DNA of 63,596 nucleotides from Fonticula alba ATCC 38817 (Eukaryota; Protista; Nucleariida), in NCBI GenBank assembly GCA_000388065.2, contig KB932202.1. One strand, written 5' to 3'. The translations under genes and the position numbers were made by a program. This document shows, piece by piece, positions 13,901 to 25,859 of the stretch; the stretch's first letter is position 1, and each line of letters begins with the position of its first letter. The notes below the pieces were generated by a model, which worked only from the letters and a program-made list of their open reading frames with translations, made no database searches and had not been told where the DNA came from.

Positions 13901-15382
13901 TCAGGGGCCGCGGCTGGGGAGGCCGGCCGGGCCGGGGCCTCCCCTTATCCCCCCACCCGGGGCCGCTCGGGGGACGCACAGCAGGCGCGGCCGCACACAC
14001 AGGGGCACCCCGCCCCCNNNNNNNNNNNNNNNNNNNNNNNNNNNNNNNNNNNNNNNNNNNNNNNNNNNNNCACGGCCGCACACGGCCGCACGCAGTTAGG
14101 CATAGCCACGGACGAGCCCGACCCCCCCCCCCCCTCGCGACCGTGGGCCGCGTCAGGGCAGGCAGGGACCCGAGTGCTGCCGGCTCCCATACGCGGGAAT
14201 CTCACCCTGCCGCCGCCCGCGCGAAAGGCAGGTCGGTCGATCAGCGCGCACGCACAGAGTGCCGGCCTTCCTCGGGGGCCCGGGGGCGAGCGGGGGAGGG
14301 GGGGGGGGGCAACGCGCCCTGCGCAAAAAAGCATGGGCCTGTGGTCATCCCGCGCGGTACCTCCCCCGCCGACGCGCGGGCGTCTCACAGGCTGGAGACG
14401 CGCGGGGACGACAAACCGGGCGTTCAACCCGGGCTCACGGCCCCGGGCAGAGGCTAGCGCTGAAAAACGGCCGCCCGTAAACACGCGCGCTCGGTCCGCC
14501 CTCCCCAGGGTGGCAGGGCCTCCGGCCGGACAGGGCAGACACGCGCCTGCGCCGCCTGGTCACATCTCCAAAGGGCAGGGGGCTCCCCCCCCCCCCCCCC
14601 CCCCCCCCCGGCCTGGCCGTGGAAGGCCGGGGCAGAGGACGCCACGGCGCACATGCACCCACGCGCTTGACCAGCATGGGCTCCGCCTGCGCCCGAGCCC
14701 ACGCGGGGGAGGCAAATCCCAGAGAACGAGGAAGGCGCCCACGCGTCGTACGTTGACGCGCGCGCCGGGCGAGCAGGAAAGGAAGCCCCCCCGCCTCCCC
14801 TGCCGGCCGGCCGGCCAGCCGGCCCGCCGCCGGCAAGAACCCCGGCTATCCTCCTCTAGTCGCCCCCCGGGCTAGACCCTCCCATGTGCCCAGTTCGGCT
14901 CCCCCGCGCGCGCGCGCGCGCGCGCGCGCGCCACGGTCAGCCGCGGGGGAAGAGAGACCTTCGGCGGGCGGTGGCCGCGCGAACATCTGCACCAATGTGC
15001 GCCCACGTTGGGCGCCCCTCTAGAAGCATCTATATGTGCTAGTTTCCCCCCGCCCGGCCGCCCGTTGGAGAAAACGCCGGAGGTTCGTATCGGGCACGAG
15101 GCGCCCAAGTCCGAGTAGGCTAGACGCGACTGCCACCGTGTCTTCACGCCCTTTGGCCGCGCGCGCGCGCGGGGGGAGACACACATGCCGCCCCCCCTCC
15201 CCCCCGCCGCGCATGCATGCACGGCCGACCGCCAAGGTGTCCCCCCTCGGGGAGAGTCTGGCCCTGCCGGCACATCAGCCCGCGGGGATGTGTTCTCACC
15301 AGAGCCGAGCACGCTGCCGAGGCGAGGAGGCCGCGCCGGGGCAGGCCCGGGCGGGGCCCAGCCCCCCCCCCCTGCAACCAGG

Positions 15383-15422
<40 letters not shown>

Positions 15423-16898
15423 AAAAGAGCGAGAGAGGGCCGTCCTCGCCCTCGACCTGGCCTACTACCAACCAACCGCCCGCACGCAGGACAACCGGCT
15501 GGACCGGGCTCCCGGGGCCCGGGGCGGGGTCTGCCCCCTGCCGCGGCCCCTTTGCCGCCACACATGCACACAGGCCCCGACGCGGGCACGGCGGTGGCGA
15601 CAGCGAGGACGCGCATGCGGCCCGCGCGGGCCGCACCCACCTGAAGACACGCCGACGCGAGACCCCCCCCCCCCCCCGCTTCCGTCCACACGCGCGCCGC
15701 CCCGGATAGAAGGCCTGAGGCGAACCAAGGTGGGCTGGGGCTTTCAAACGGGGGACCCATGATGACTGGCGAGAGCCGGGCGGACCCGCCGGCCGGCCTG
15801 GTCACAGACACACACACACGCGCACAGGGAGAGTAGGAGGGGGAACCCTTGGTGCACCCGCCGCACGTTCCCCCCAGTTCAGCGGGGATTCCTCTGGAAA
15901 GGCCACATTAATATGGGCTTCTATGTTGCTGCCGGTCGGGCGAGGGCGCACCCGAGCCAAAGTCCGCCCCCACGAGGGCCCCGCCTGCCGATGATGAGCC
16001 GACACAATTGAAATAAAACAGAAGCCAGCCCCCGCTCTCCAGGGGCGGCGGGGATTCCCCCGGACGGGGCACCACGCCAACCCGCGCGCCCGGGCGCCCA
16101 TGCGCGGGCCCACCGATACCCGTTGTCCCGCCCCCCCCCCCCCCCGCGTCCTGGCGGCCAGAGTGGCCCTGTCGAGGGGAGGGGCGGGGGGCGACGCGGG
16201 ACAAATGATGTTTGTGGCCCAGGGGTCCCAGGTTGGGGACCGTGCGTTCGGAATCGCGAAACACCATTTCCACATCACCACCCTCACGAAATCACCTCCA
16301 AAGTCAGCCGCCTCGATGAGCACACATCACGCGACCGTCGGACTAGATCGAGAGGTGCCCACTGTTTTTTCCTGCCCCGCCGCTCCAGGATCCCCCCCCC
16401 CCCCCAACACTCACACCCCCATACCCCCCCCCCCCCCCCCCCGCCCCCCCCCCCCCCCCCCCCCCCGCCCCGCCCGCCGGTTGCTGGCCGAGGAAGCCCC
16501 CCCCCCCCCCCACACGGCCAGACACAGCCGAGGGAAGTTCGGCACGCAGCCTGCCGAGCAGGCTCGCGGGCAACCGCGACGCGCGACACAGGGCGGCGGC
16601 AGGCGCGCGCGCGCGCGCGCTCGTCCAAGCACGATCGGGAGGGGCTTCAACAGCGCGGGTTGCCGCGCCGGGAGGCCCCGGTCGCGGGGGTTTGGGGGCA
16701 TCCTTCTCCTCCCCTCCTGGGCGCCGATCTCCCCCCTCTCTCACCTTGACCCGCGCCTGCGCCAGCCTCCCCGCTGCACGGCCCGCCACGGCTTCCCCCT
16801 CGCGCCGGCCCTACGGGCCAGATCTGCCCCCCCCCCATCCATCTCTCTCTCTCTCTCTCTCTCCTCCTTCTCCCTCCCTCGCAGGCCATCCGCCCCCC

Positions 16899-17683
16899 AT
16901 GGAGAGGGCGGACACAGCGATGAACGCCCCTCCGGCCGGGCTCGGCGCGCCGCGATCCCGGCTGACCGTCCTGCCGGATGCGTCCCCCCCGCCGGCCGGT
17001 GGCCCGGGCCAGCGCCTGTCCAGCCAGACGCGCAGCTCCCTGTCGGGATTCTACTTTGACTTGGAGTCCGATTCGGATGGCGGGTTTTCCTCGGACACCG
17101 GGGACGAGCCGGTGCCGATGGCCATGCCGGTGCCCCCGCCGGCCACTCCACCGGCGACGCGGCGGCAGGGTCGCGCCTCCGGACGCCTGCGTGGCCGTCC
17201 GGCCGGCCCGCGACCGCCCCCGGCCTTCGCCGACTCGCTGGATCTGGTCACCTCGCCGCTGGCGTGCCATATGTCGCGGGTGGACTCCTCGCGAGCCCTG
17301 CTGTCCAGCTTGCTGGCCCAGCGCGCGCCCCTAGCCGAGGGGGCCTGCCTGTTGGGCGGCTTGGAGGTGATGCGCGCCGCGCCGAGCGCCGACCGGCCGA
17401 TTGCCCGCCGGCCCGGCGCCCGGCCGGCCCGCCTGCGCCTCGGCCCGAACACCCGCTGCCATGTGCATTCCCTGCGACACAGCATCGTCGCCTGCTTGTC
17501 CCTCTCGCGGTCCATGATGATGACCTGCAAGTATGTGGACGGATTCCGCACCCTGTCGGACCTGTCCTTGGACATGTGCGTCGCCTGCTGGCCTGGCTGT
17601 CGCGTCTCTAAGCCTCGCCCCCTCCTCCCCGGGCCATGCATGGCATCCCGGTGCCCGGGCACTAACCCCCCCCCCGAGCACAC

Positions 17684-17724
<41 letters not shown>

Positions 17725-20700
17725 ACCCCCCCCCCCCCCCCCCCCCCCCCCTCCCCCGCCCCCCCTGCGCCCTGGCATGTGCAGCATCGAGCGCGTGGTC
17801 TCCTGGCTGTCGGTCCCGTATCGCGTGGATTCGGCCGCCGATCCCGGGCTCAGCCGGGTCATCCACCCGGCCGTGCGGCTGTCCGTCATCATGGGGGCCC
17901 TGGCCGCCGTGCACGGAGTCGCTCTCAGCAGCGAAACCCCGACGGAGGACATCCTCTCCACGCTGGGCATCCTCCGCCGGGCCCTGCTCCAGCGGGAATC
18001 CCTCCTGTCGGCGGCCACCGGTGCCTCTGGCGACATTCCCCTCGTGTCGGCCATCGATCTGGCCCTGGCGGCGTTGCGCATCCTGCCCCGCGATGCCGGG
18101 CGCACCATCCTCCTGATTAGCGACGGCTCCGAGGGCCCCTGGTCCGATCGCGTGGATCTGGCCGCCCTCAGCCGGCGTATCACGGCCGCCGGCGCCACGG
18201 TCGTGGCCATCCTCGTGTCTTCGGCCTCCCCGACCGGAGCCGACAGCTCGGTATGTTGCCTGTCTCTCTCTGTGTCTCTGTGTCTCTGTGTCTCTGTGTC
18301 TCTGTGTCTCTGTGTCTCTGTCTCTCTCTGTGTCTCTGTCTCTCTCTGTGTCTCTGTCTCTCTCTGTGTCTCTCTGTGTCTCTCTGTGTCTCTCTCTCTG
18401 CTTCCCTCACCCCCTCTCGCCCCCTCTCTCCCCCTCTCGCCCCCTCTCGCCCCCTCTCGCCCCCTCTCGCCCCCTCTCCAATGTGCTCATGCAATCGCCC
18501 ATGCCCTCGCTCCTTCACGTCAGACCCGGCCCTTCGGTAGTGTGGCCAACTTCGAGCCGGCCTGCTTCCTGGCACAGGCCACCGGTGGGCATATCCTCCT
18601 GGCGGATGACATTCTCCGGATGCCCATGCCGCCGCACATCGGCGCAGTCGATGTCATTTACTCCGGTCATGCGGCTCCTGGAGCACAGCCACGCCTGACG
18701 GCCAAGTTGTTTGCCTCGCTGGCGGACCGGCCCCCGGGCATCGAATTGGTATGTGGCTGTCTTGTGCCCTCGTCGCATGCGTCCCTCCGCCGTCACCTAC
18801 TCACCCTGGACGCTTGACCCTGCCCGTCTCCAGCCCACTTCCAGTGGCATCCCGCGCGAGGGGTACATGGAACTCGTTCATGCCGGTCCGTGCAATCGTC
18901 TTCACACACACACACACACACACACAGTCTCTCGATGTCCCTCTCCCCCGCCCCGCCCTCCCCCCCCCCTCCCCTCTCCGGCGTCTTGCACAGGCACCAC
19001 CGCCTTCTGGTCCGCCGCCCCAGTCGCTGACTCGTTGCCCGCAATGACACAGCCTTCGCCCAGCGCTATCCGCTGGCAAACCCCCTGCAGCAGGCATGTC
19101 TCGTGCGGGACTTCTCCCTGACGCTGTCGTTGCCACCCTTGCCGGCCGGCCTGTCGGTGATGCCGCTGCCCGGCGTGGACGCCCTGCCGGAGCTGGTCAA
19201 CCAAGCCGACGACCTCCGTTCACACACGGTCACATTGCGCACATACTCGCTGGCTGCCCCATGGACGCACCTGGTCTCGGCGCGCCTGCGCAGCGGCTTC
19301 CTCATCCGCGATGTGTCCCTCTCGGCATGTGGCAAATTCGTGCGTCTCCTTCTTGGCCCNNNNNNNNNNNNNNNNNNNNNNNNNNNNNNNNNNNNNNNNN
19401 NNNNNNNNNNNNNNNNNNNNNNNNNNNNNNNNNNNNNNNNNNNNNNNNNNNNNNNNNNNNNNNNNNNNNNNNNNNNNNNNNNNNNNNNNNNNNNNNNNNN
19501 NNNNNNNNNNNNNNNNNNNNNNNNNNNNNNNNNNNNNNNNNNNNATGGGTCTCTCCATCAGCTGCTCATTCGGCTGATGCTTCTCCTCCGCCCGGGCGCC
19601 TGCCTGGAGTATCACATTCACTCACGGGTGCCGGACAACCGGCAGGCGGTCCGGCGGGCGCGGGCCCTCGCCCAGCGGGCTGGGGCTGCCTCCCGGCGTC
19701 CGGCCATGGACGGCAGCCGTGGCCCCCGCTCTCGGGGCCCCGGCCATGAGGGCACTTCCACCACCCCGTCTGGATCGCTGGATGAGCTGCACGGGGGGCG
19801 CCGGTCGCCGGTGGCCTCGGCGTCGCCTCTCAGCGGCGGCCTCGGCCGGAGTGCCTCATCGACCAGCCCCCTGTCACCAGCAGGCGGATCAGCTGGCCCC
19901 CGCGGCCGGGGGGGGGCCCGTGCAGGGGCGGTGACCCCGCGCGACCATCGCGCCGGGCCGCCACGGTCGCCCCTCACCCCGGACGGTCGGCCGGAGGAAA
20001 CGCGCACGCGTCGGCGCCGGTCGGTCCCCGCGCTGGCTGTCAGCCCTGCAACCGGCATCGAGGCGCTGGCCGTCTCCGGGTCCGGGTCTTCGCCGGATTT
20101 GCTGGCCAGCCTGGGGACTTCGACAGGGGCCGCCGGGCGTCCCGGGCGCCTGGGCGCCGACATCGGCATCAGCCACTTGTCCTCGGACTCGGGCCCCAGC
20201 GACGGCGAGCATGAGGATTCCGAGTGCGAGGACTCCGAGGACCTGGCCATGTACGATCGGGGGTTCACCCTCGACGGGGGCAACGACCTGGACACCGACG
20301 ATGAGGACTATGACTATGACGAGTATGGCGAAGAGGAAGATGGGCCCGGGGAGCATGGCGACGATTCGGGCCCCGGGGTCGACCCGTCTTCCGGCTTCCC
20401 CGACACCGACCCGTTGCTGGTGGACCCCCACTCGGAGGAGGATGCGGCACGCCAGCACTCGGAGGTGGTTATCCTCCTGCGCGGCTGGAAGGCCCTCATC
20501 GAGGCCATCTCCCTGACGGCCACGGCCCAGGCGTCCGGGCTGTATGAGCACCTCCGGTCCCCGATGCCGGAGGACGGGCTGGCCGGCGCCCCGGCCGATG
20601 CCGGGGCCGCCTCGTCCCCGGCCGGCGATGCGTTGGTCCTGAGCTCGGGTGACCGGCGTCGGCCGGCGCCGACCAATGGCGGGGGCCGGGTTTCCTTCGA

Positions 20701-23700
20701 GCCTCTCAGTGTTTCCCTGGACCAGCCGCCGCGCAAGCGTCCGGCCCTCGGCCGTCCGTGCGACCCCTATGAGGCCGCGGCTCAGCGCTACTTCGAGCAG
20801 GACGCCATCAGCGGCCCGGGCATGATGGGGTCGAGCGTGCCGCCGACCGCGGTGGCCACGCCCTCGGCCGCCACCACCGGCCAGGGGGCAATGCTTTCGA
20901 CGGCCGTGCCCCCGGGCCAGCAGCCCCAGCCCCTGGTGTCTGGCACGCAGCCGACGGCGACGGCTGCTGCCGTGGCGCACGAGGCCAGCGCCGAGCCGGA
21001 TGCGACCGGCGCCCTCGCCCGGTCGGGCAGCCCGTCTCCGGTGTCAGCCACCAACATCCGGCTTTATGCCTCGTCGCTGCAGGTGCGCAGCACTCTGGAG
21101 TCGGTCCTCGAGGCAGATCGCCACTTCGGTCTTCTTTGTGCGTTCCAGACCTCCCGCGGTCGTGTTGTTCCGGTTTACCCCCATCATCCTGTCCATGCAT
21201 CCCTCTCTCTCTCTCTCTCTCTCCCCCTGTTTCTTCCTCTCCATGTCCAATGGCTCCCTCCGGATTCCGCGCTCGTCCGCACTCCATGTACCTGACGCTG
21301 TTTCTGTCCCTCCATTCCCCCTCCCTCTTCCCCTCTCGTTCCCGTTGCCCTATGCAGTCGCCATCCCGCCTGAGGGGGTGTGCTCGGTGCCGTTGCGTTT
21401 CCGCGCGTCTCAGTTCGGCGCGCACGAGGTCGTGGTGCCGCCGCAATTCGACCACATGGCTGGCCTGGAGTCCGGGTCCTCGGGACCCATGGCGTCGGCC
21501 CCGTCGGAGGGAACTTCCTTGTCCTTGTGGCGCGAGCCGCCTGGGCCTTCGGAGTCCGGGTGGCCGGGCGCCCCGACAAAGGTCCCCCTGCTGTCGGGGC
21601 CCGAGTCCCTGGGCTCGGGGGCCGATGTTGGTCGGCCTCCGGGGCCCGGGCGCGAGGTGATCTCCTCCAGCTCCTCCGGCTCCTCCTCTTCATCCGCTGC
21701 CTCCTCCTCGTCCTCCTCCGGCTCCTCCTCGGCCCCGGACCCCCCGTCGGGGCTGGACGCCGGGATGGTGGTCTCCGACTCGGGCCCTCTGTTTGGCATC
21801 CAGCCGCTCAAGGGCGAGCAGTCCTTCTTCTCGTACTGGCACCGCATCGCGCTGATGTTCATCTCGGCCCAGTACCACCAGCGCATCCTGACGCACCTGG
21901 TGTCGCCGTTGCCCTCGGTGGATGTGGATGCCGGGGCCGCGGCCTCCGGCGGGCGGGACACCGCGGCTCGATTGCTTCCGGTGTCGGCCACCGGCATCGA
22001 CACGGACCCCCTGTCGGAGCCGCTGTTCACGTCCTTCTCGCGTGCGCGCTTCACCGTGGTCCTCGGGCCGTCGGCCGGGTCGTCGGCCAGTTCTTCGCCG
22101 GCCGGCCAACTGGCCGGGGCCCTGCTTGAACACTGGGCCAGCCTGGCCGTGGCGTCGAACACCCTGGTGCGGACAATTGCCGCGGGTCCCGGTGCCGGGC
22201 CCGGGCCTTCCTCGGTGGCCCTGGCCGCCGCGGCCGAGGTGCATCACCAGCAGCACGGCCAGCATGGGCACTTGGGGGAGTTCCCGGGGCCCGGGTGGCT
22301 GGGCGCCGGGTTGTCGCCCGGGGCAACGGCCGCGGCCTCACGCGGGGGATCGGTTCCTGCCTCGCGTCGGGGCAGCCCCTCGGCCTCGCCGACGGCCGGG
22401 GGCCACACTCCGACCGGGCGGCCGGGGGCAGGCTCGAATGGCGTCATCGCCACGACCTGGCTGCCGCCGGTGGTGACCACCTGCCCGGCTGGCGGGTGGA
22501 TCGGCCTCGAGAGGCCGGTTTTCAGCGAGCCAGCCGCTCTGGGCGCCTTCCCCGAGCCGGACTCGCCGTCCTCCTCGTCGGCATCCTCGCTGTCGGCGTC
22601 CTCCTCGTCGGCGTCCTCCTCGTCGGTGTCCGGCGCGCCTGTGGGGGCGGTGGCAGGGTCGTCGGCCCTGGCGTCGCTCGCCGCGCCGGGCGACTCGGCC
22701 ACCGGGCCGGCCCTGCCGACCGACGGCCTTGAGTCGCAGCAGCCGCAGCAGGAAGAGGAGGGCTTCGTGGCATTGCAGCTGATGTGGAGTGCCCCGCGCG
22801 TGGTGCGGGTGGAGCTCTTCTTCTTCCGGGTGCCGGATGCGCGGGTGCGCGCGCGCGAGGTCAATCTCCTCCGTGCCTTCATCAACCGTCTTGGGTCGGA
22901 CGTGGCGCGTGTTTGCTCGATGGTGCGTCTCTCTCTCTCTCTCTCTCTCTCTATGTGTGTGTGTGTGTGTGTGGTTGTTTCCCCCTCTCGTTCTTTCTTT
23001 CTCACTCTTTCTTCCTTTCTCTTCCCCCTCCCCCTCTCGCCCCCTCTCTCCCCCTCTCTCCCCCTCTCTCCCTCTCTCCCCCTCTCCCCCTCTCCAACTC
23101 TCCCTCTCACCCTTTCTCGGATTGCCTGTCTGTTCATTACGCATCATGACACACATGCTTGGAACAGCCCCTCTCCATGTTGCTGCATCCGCTGCCGGCG
23201 GATCTGGCTCGGTGTGAGCCGCTCCCAGCGCGCTACTTCGAGTCCATGGTGTCACCCTCGGCCAACATGACGGCCCAGGCCCGGAGCTTGGTCTTCTCGC
23301 TGCCAACCGCCGCGCCGACCCCCTCACTGCTGAAGCTCCGCCAGTGGATCTGGCTGCCGGGGTCGGCCGGCTCTGCACCCAGCAGCACCGGGCCGGAGGC
23401 TGACGGCCCACAGGCTGTCTGGCGCCGGGAGCTCTTCCTGGCCAGCCTGGCCCGGCGACGTCTGGCCCAGGGCTTCTCCGTGGTGGCCGAGTCGCCCGGG
23501 GGACGGCTCTTCTATCATGAGGTGCCCTTGCTGGCGCTGCGTGCGCGTGGGTCCGTGGCGCAGGCCATCGCGCTGGCCGACCATCCGGATCGCCAGCCGG
23601 CCGTGGCGGCCCTCTACGCGCTGGAAACCCTGCCCGGCGGGGCGGTCCGAGTGCGGCTGTGGGCCGAGTCGCGTTTTGCTCGGGGAATGGGCTTTGCCCA

Positions 23701-25782
23701 GGGGGCCGGCCTGGCCTGCTCGGCGGTGGCTCTCGGCCGAATCATTGACACCGAGGACCGGGCCATTTGGACGGAGTGCTGCTCGCACGCGCGCATTGCC
23801 CTGCTGGCGGAAAGGTGCGCGGCGACCAGCGCGGCGGCCGTCACCCTGGATGCCGCCCCGTCGGTGGGTCCGGGCCCGGCGGCCGGCCTCCTGACCAGTA
23901 TTCCCGGCTTCGCCGCGGGCCCCGGCGAGAAGCAGGCCTTCCTCCACCGGACCGGCTCGACCCTGTCCATCGAGCGCGAGCGCTTCGAGCTGGCATCGCT
24001 CCTGCGCTCGGCCAAGGTCGGCTGCATGGCCTTCCGGCTGATTGCCCCGGGCCAGCTGGGCCCCGGGCTCGCCGACGGGCTACGTGGCCTGGAGGCGGCG
24101 CAATTGGCGTGCCCGGGAAATCCGACGCCGCCCGCCGGCTCGGCCGTCCAGGTGGACCGCCTCCGGGCCAATGTCCGCCTTTTCGAGCTGTTCGCCTCGT
24201 CGCTGGTGGCGCCGCTTGGGGGGCAGCTGGCCCGGCAGCTGGCCGCCGCCGGGGCCCCGATTGGCGGGCAGCTCATGCACCTGGAACTCCCGCGGTCCTG
24301 CATGAGCTTCCCCCTGTCGCTGGTCCGGTCGTTGTTGCCACTGTTCCCGGAGCACCCGGGGCCTGGGGGCGAGGTCGACCGGCCGGAGGCCCTGTCCGCC
24401 TGTCTGCGAGTGCCACTCCCGCGCAAGCCCACGGCCGAGGTCCTGCAGGCGGCATTGCAAGCCTCGCGCGGCTTTGTCCGGCGCTTGGACGAGGAGTGTC
24501 ACCAGTTTGTCTTTGTCCTGGGGCCGCGCTCGGCCGGCGATCAGGGCCATCCAGCGGGCCGGGTTTTTGGCCCGGCCATCGGGGTCATTGTGTTTGAGAC
24601 GCACCGGCCCCTGTTCTTCGAGCCGACCTCCATGCTGGCCATGCTCGGGGAGCTGACCGACCTGGGGCAGTCCCCGAGCGCCGGGAGCCCGCTCCTCCGC
24701 CGGGGCCACACCGGCATCTCGTTGCTGGATCTGTCGTCGCTGTCGGAGCCGGCGCCGACCGGTCCGGGCGACGAGCCGGCCCCCCTGGGCGCGGGGTCCT
24801 CCTCCGAGGCGCAGCTGAAGTCTTCGAATGTGCGTCTTTCCGTCCTTGTCGCCGGTCTTCCCTTCCTCATCGTCGGCTGCATTTGGCCTCTTGACGCTCC
24901 GCCCGTGGAGCTGGCTGCTCGCTCGTGCACCCCCCCCCCTGTGCTGCTTGTCCATGCACGCATGCGCTGTCTCACTGTCTCGCGGACTTGCCCGCCTCTT
25001 TGTGCACTTGCCTGCTCAATCACCTACTCACCTGCTCAACCGCTCATTTCCCCGCCCGACCACCCACTCAACCACTCATCCCTTCACCCGATCACCTTGT
25101 GGCATGTGCCTCCGGCTCTTTGGCCTGGCGTCGGCCACGGATGACAGATTCTCGTCCCCATGCTGACAGCGCTGCACCGGTTCTCCTTCATCCGCGGGGT
25201 GTACTCGGCCCTGGCTGGGGCCGACTCGCCGGAGAAGGCGGCCGCGCTGGTCAATCGGGCCGATCTGTCCCGGTGCCTGTTAAACTGTGCTGCCAGCCGG
25301 CAGACGGTGGATTGCACGCATCTGGCAAACATCGTGGCGGCGTCATGCGGCCCGGCGACGCCGGAGTCGGCCACCGAGTGCGATACCGCCGGTCGCCTGC
25401 GCTTGGCCATCCAGCGGGGCTTCTTTGCCGAGGTCCTGGCCGGGCAACTGCGCCCCGTGCAGACGGTCGCCCTGGATGGGCGCCAGTTCCTGGTGTTCAC
25501 TTGGCGGCCGGGGGCCGAACAGTCTGGCATGGCCAGCGCCTCGGTCACCGGCTGCGGCTCCGGCGTTGGGGTTGGCGCTGGCAGCAACAGCAGCAGCAGC
25601 AGCAGCAACAGCAACAGCGGCGGCAGCGGTAGCGGCGGCGGCGGCGGCAGCAACGCTGGCGGTGGCAGCAACGGCTGTGGCGCCAGTGGTGTCGGCACTG
25701 GCAACGGTGCCGGTGCCGGCGTCGGCAGCGGCGGTGGCACCTCTGGCACCGCCGCCGGCACTCCCGGTAGCAGCGGCACCAG

Positions 25783-25815
<33 letters not shown>

Positions 25816-25821
25816 CAGCAC

Positions 25822-25859
<38 letters not shown>

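Noticed and set aside
14410-14440. tRNA-like T-loop GTTCAA (and GGTTCG at ~15083)
   Set aside because: No T-stem, acceptor stem or D-arm could be paired.
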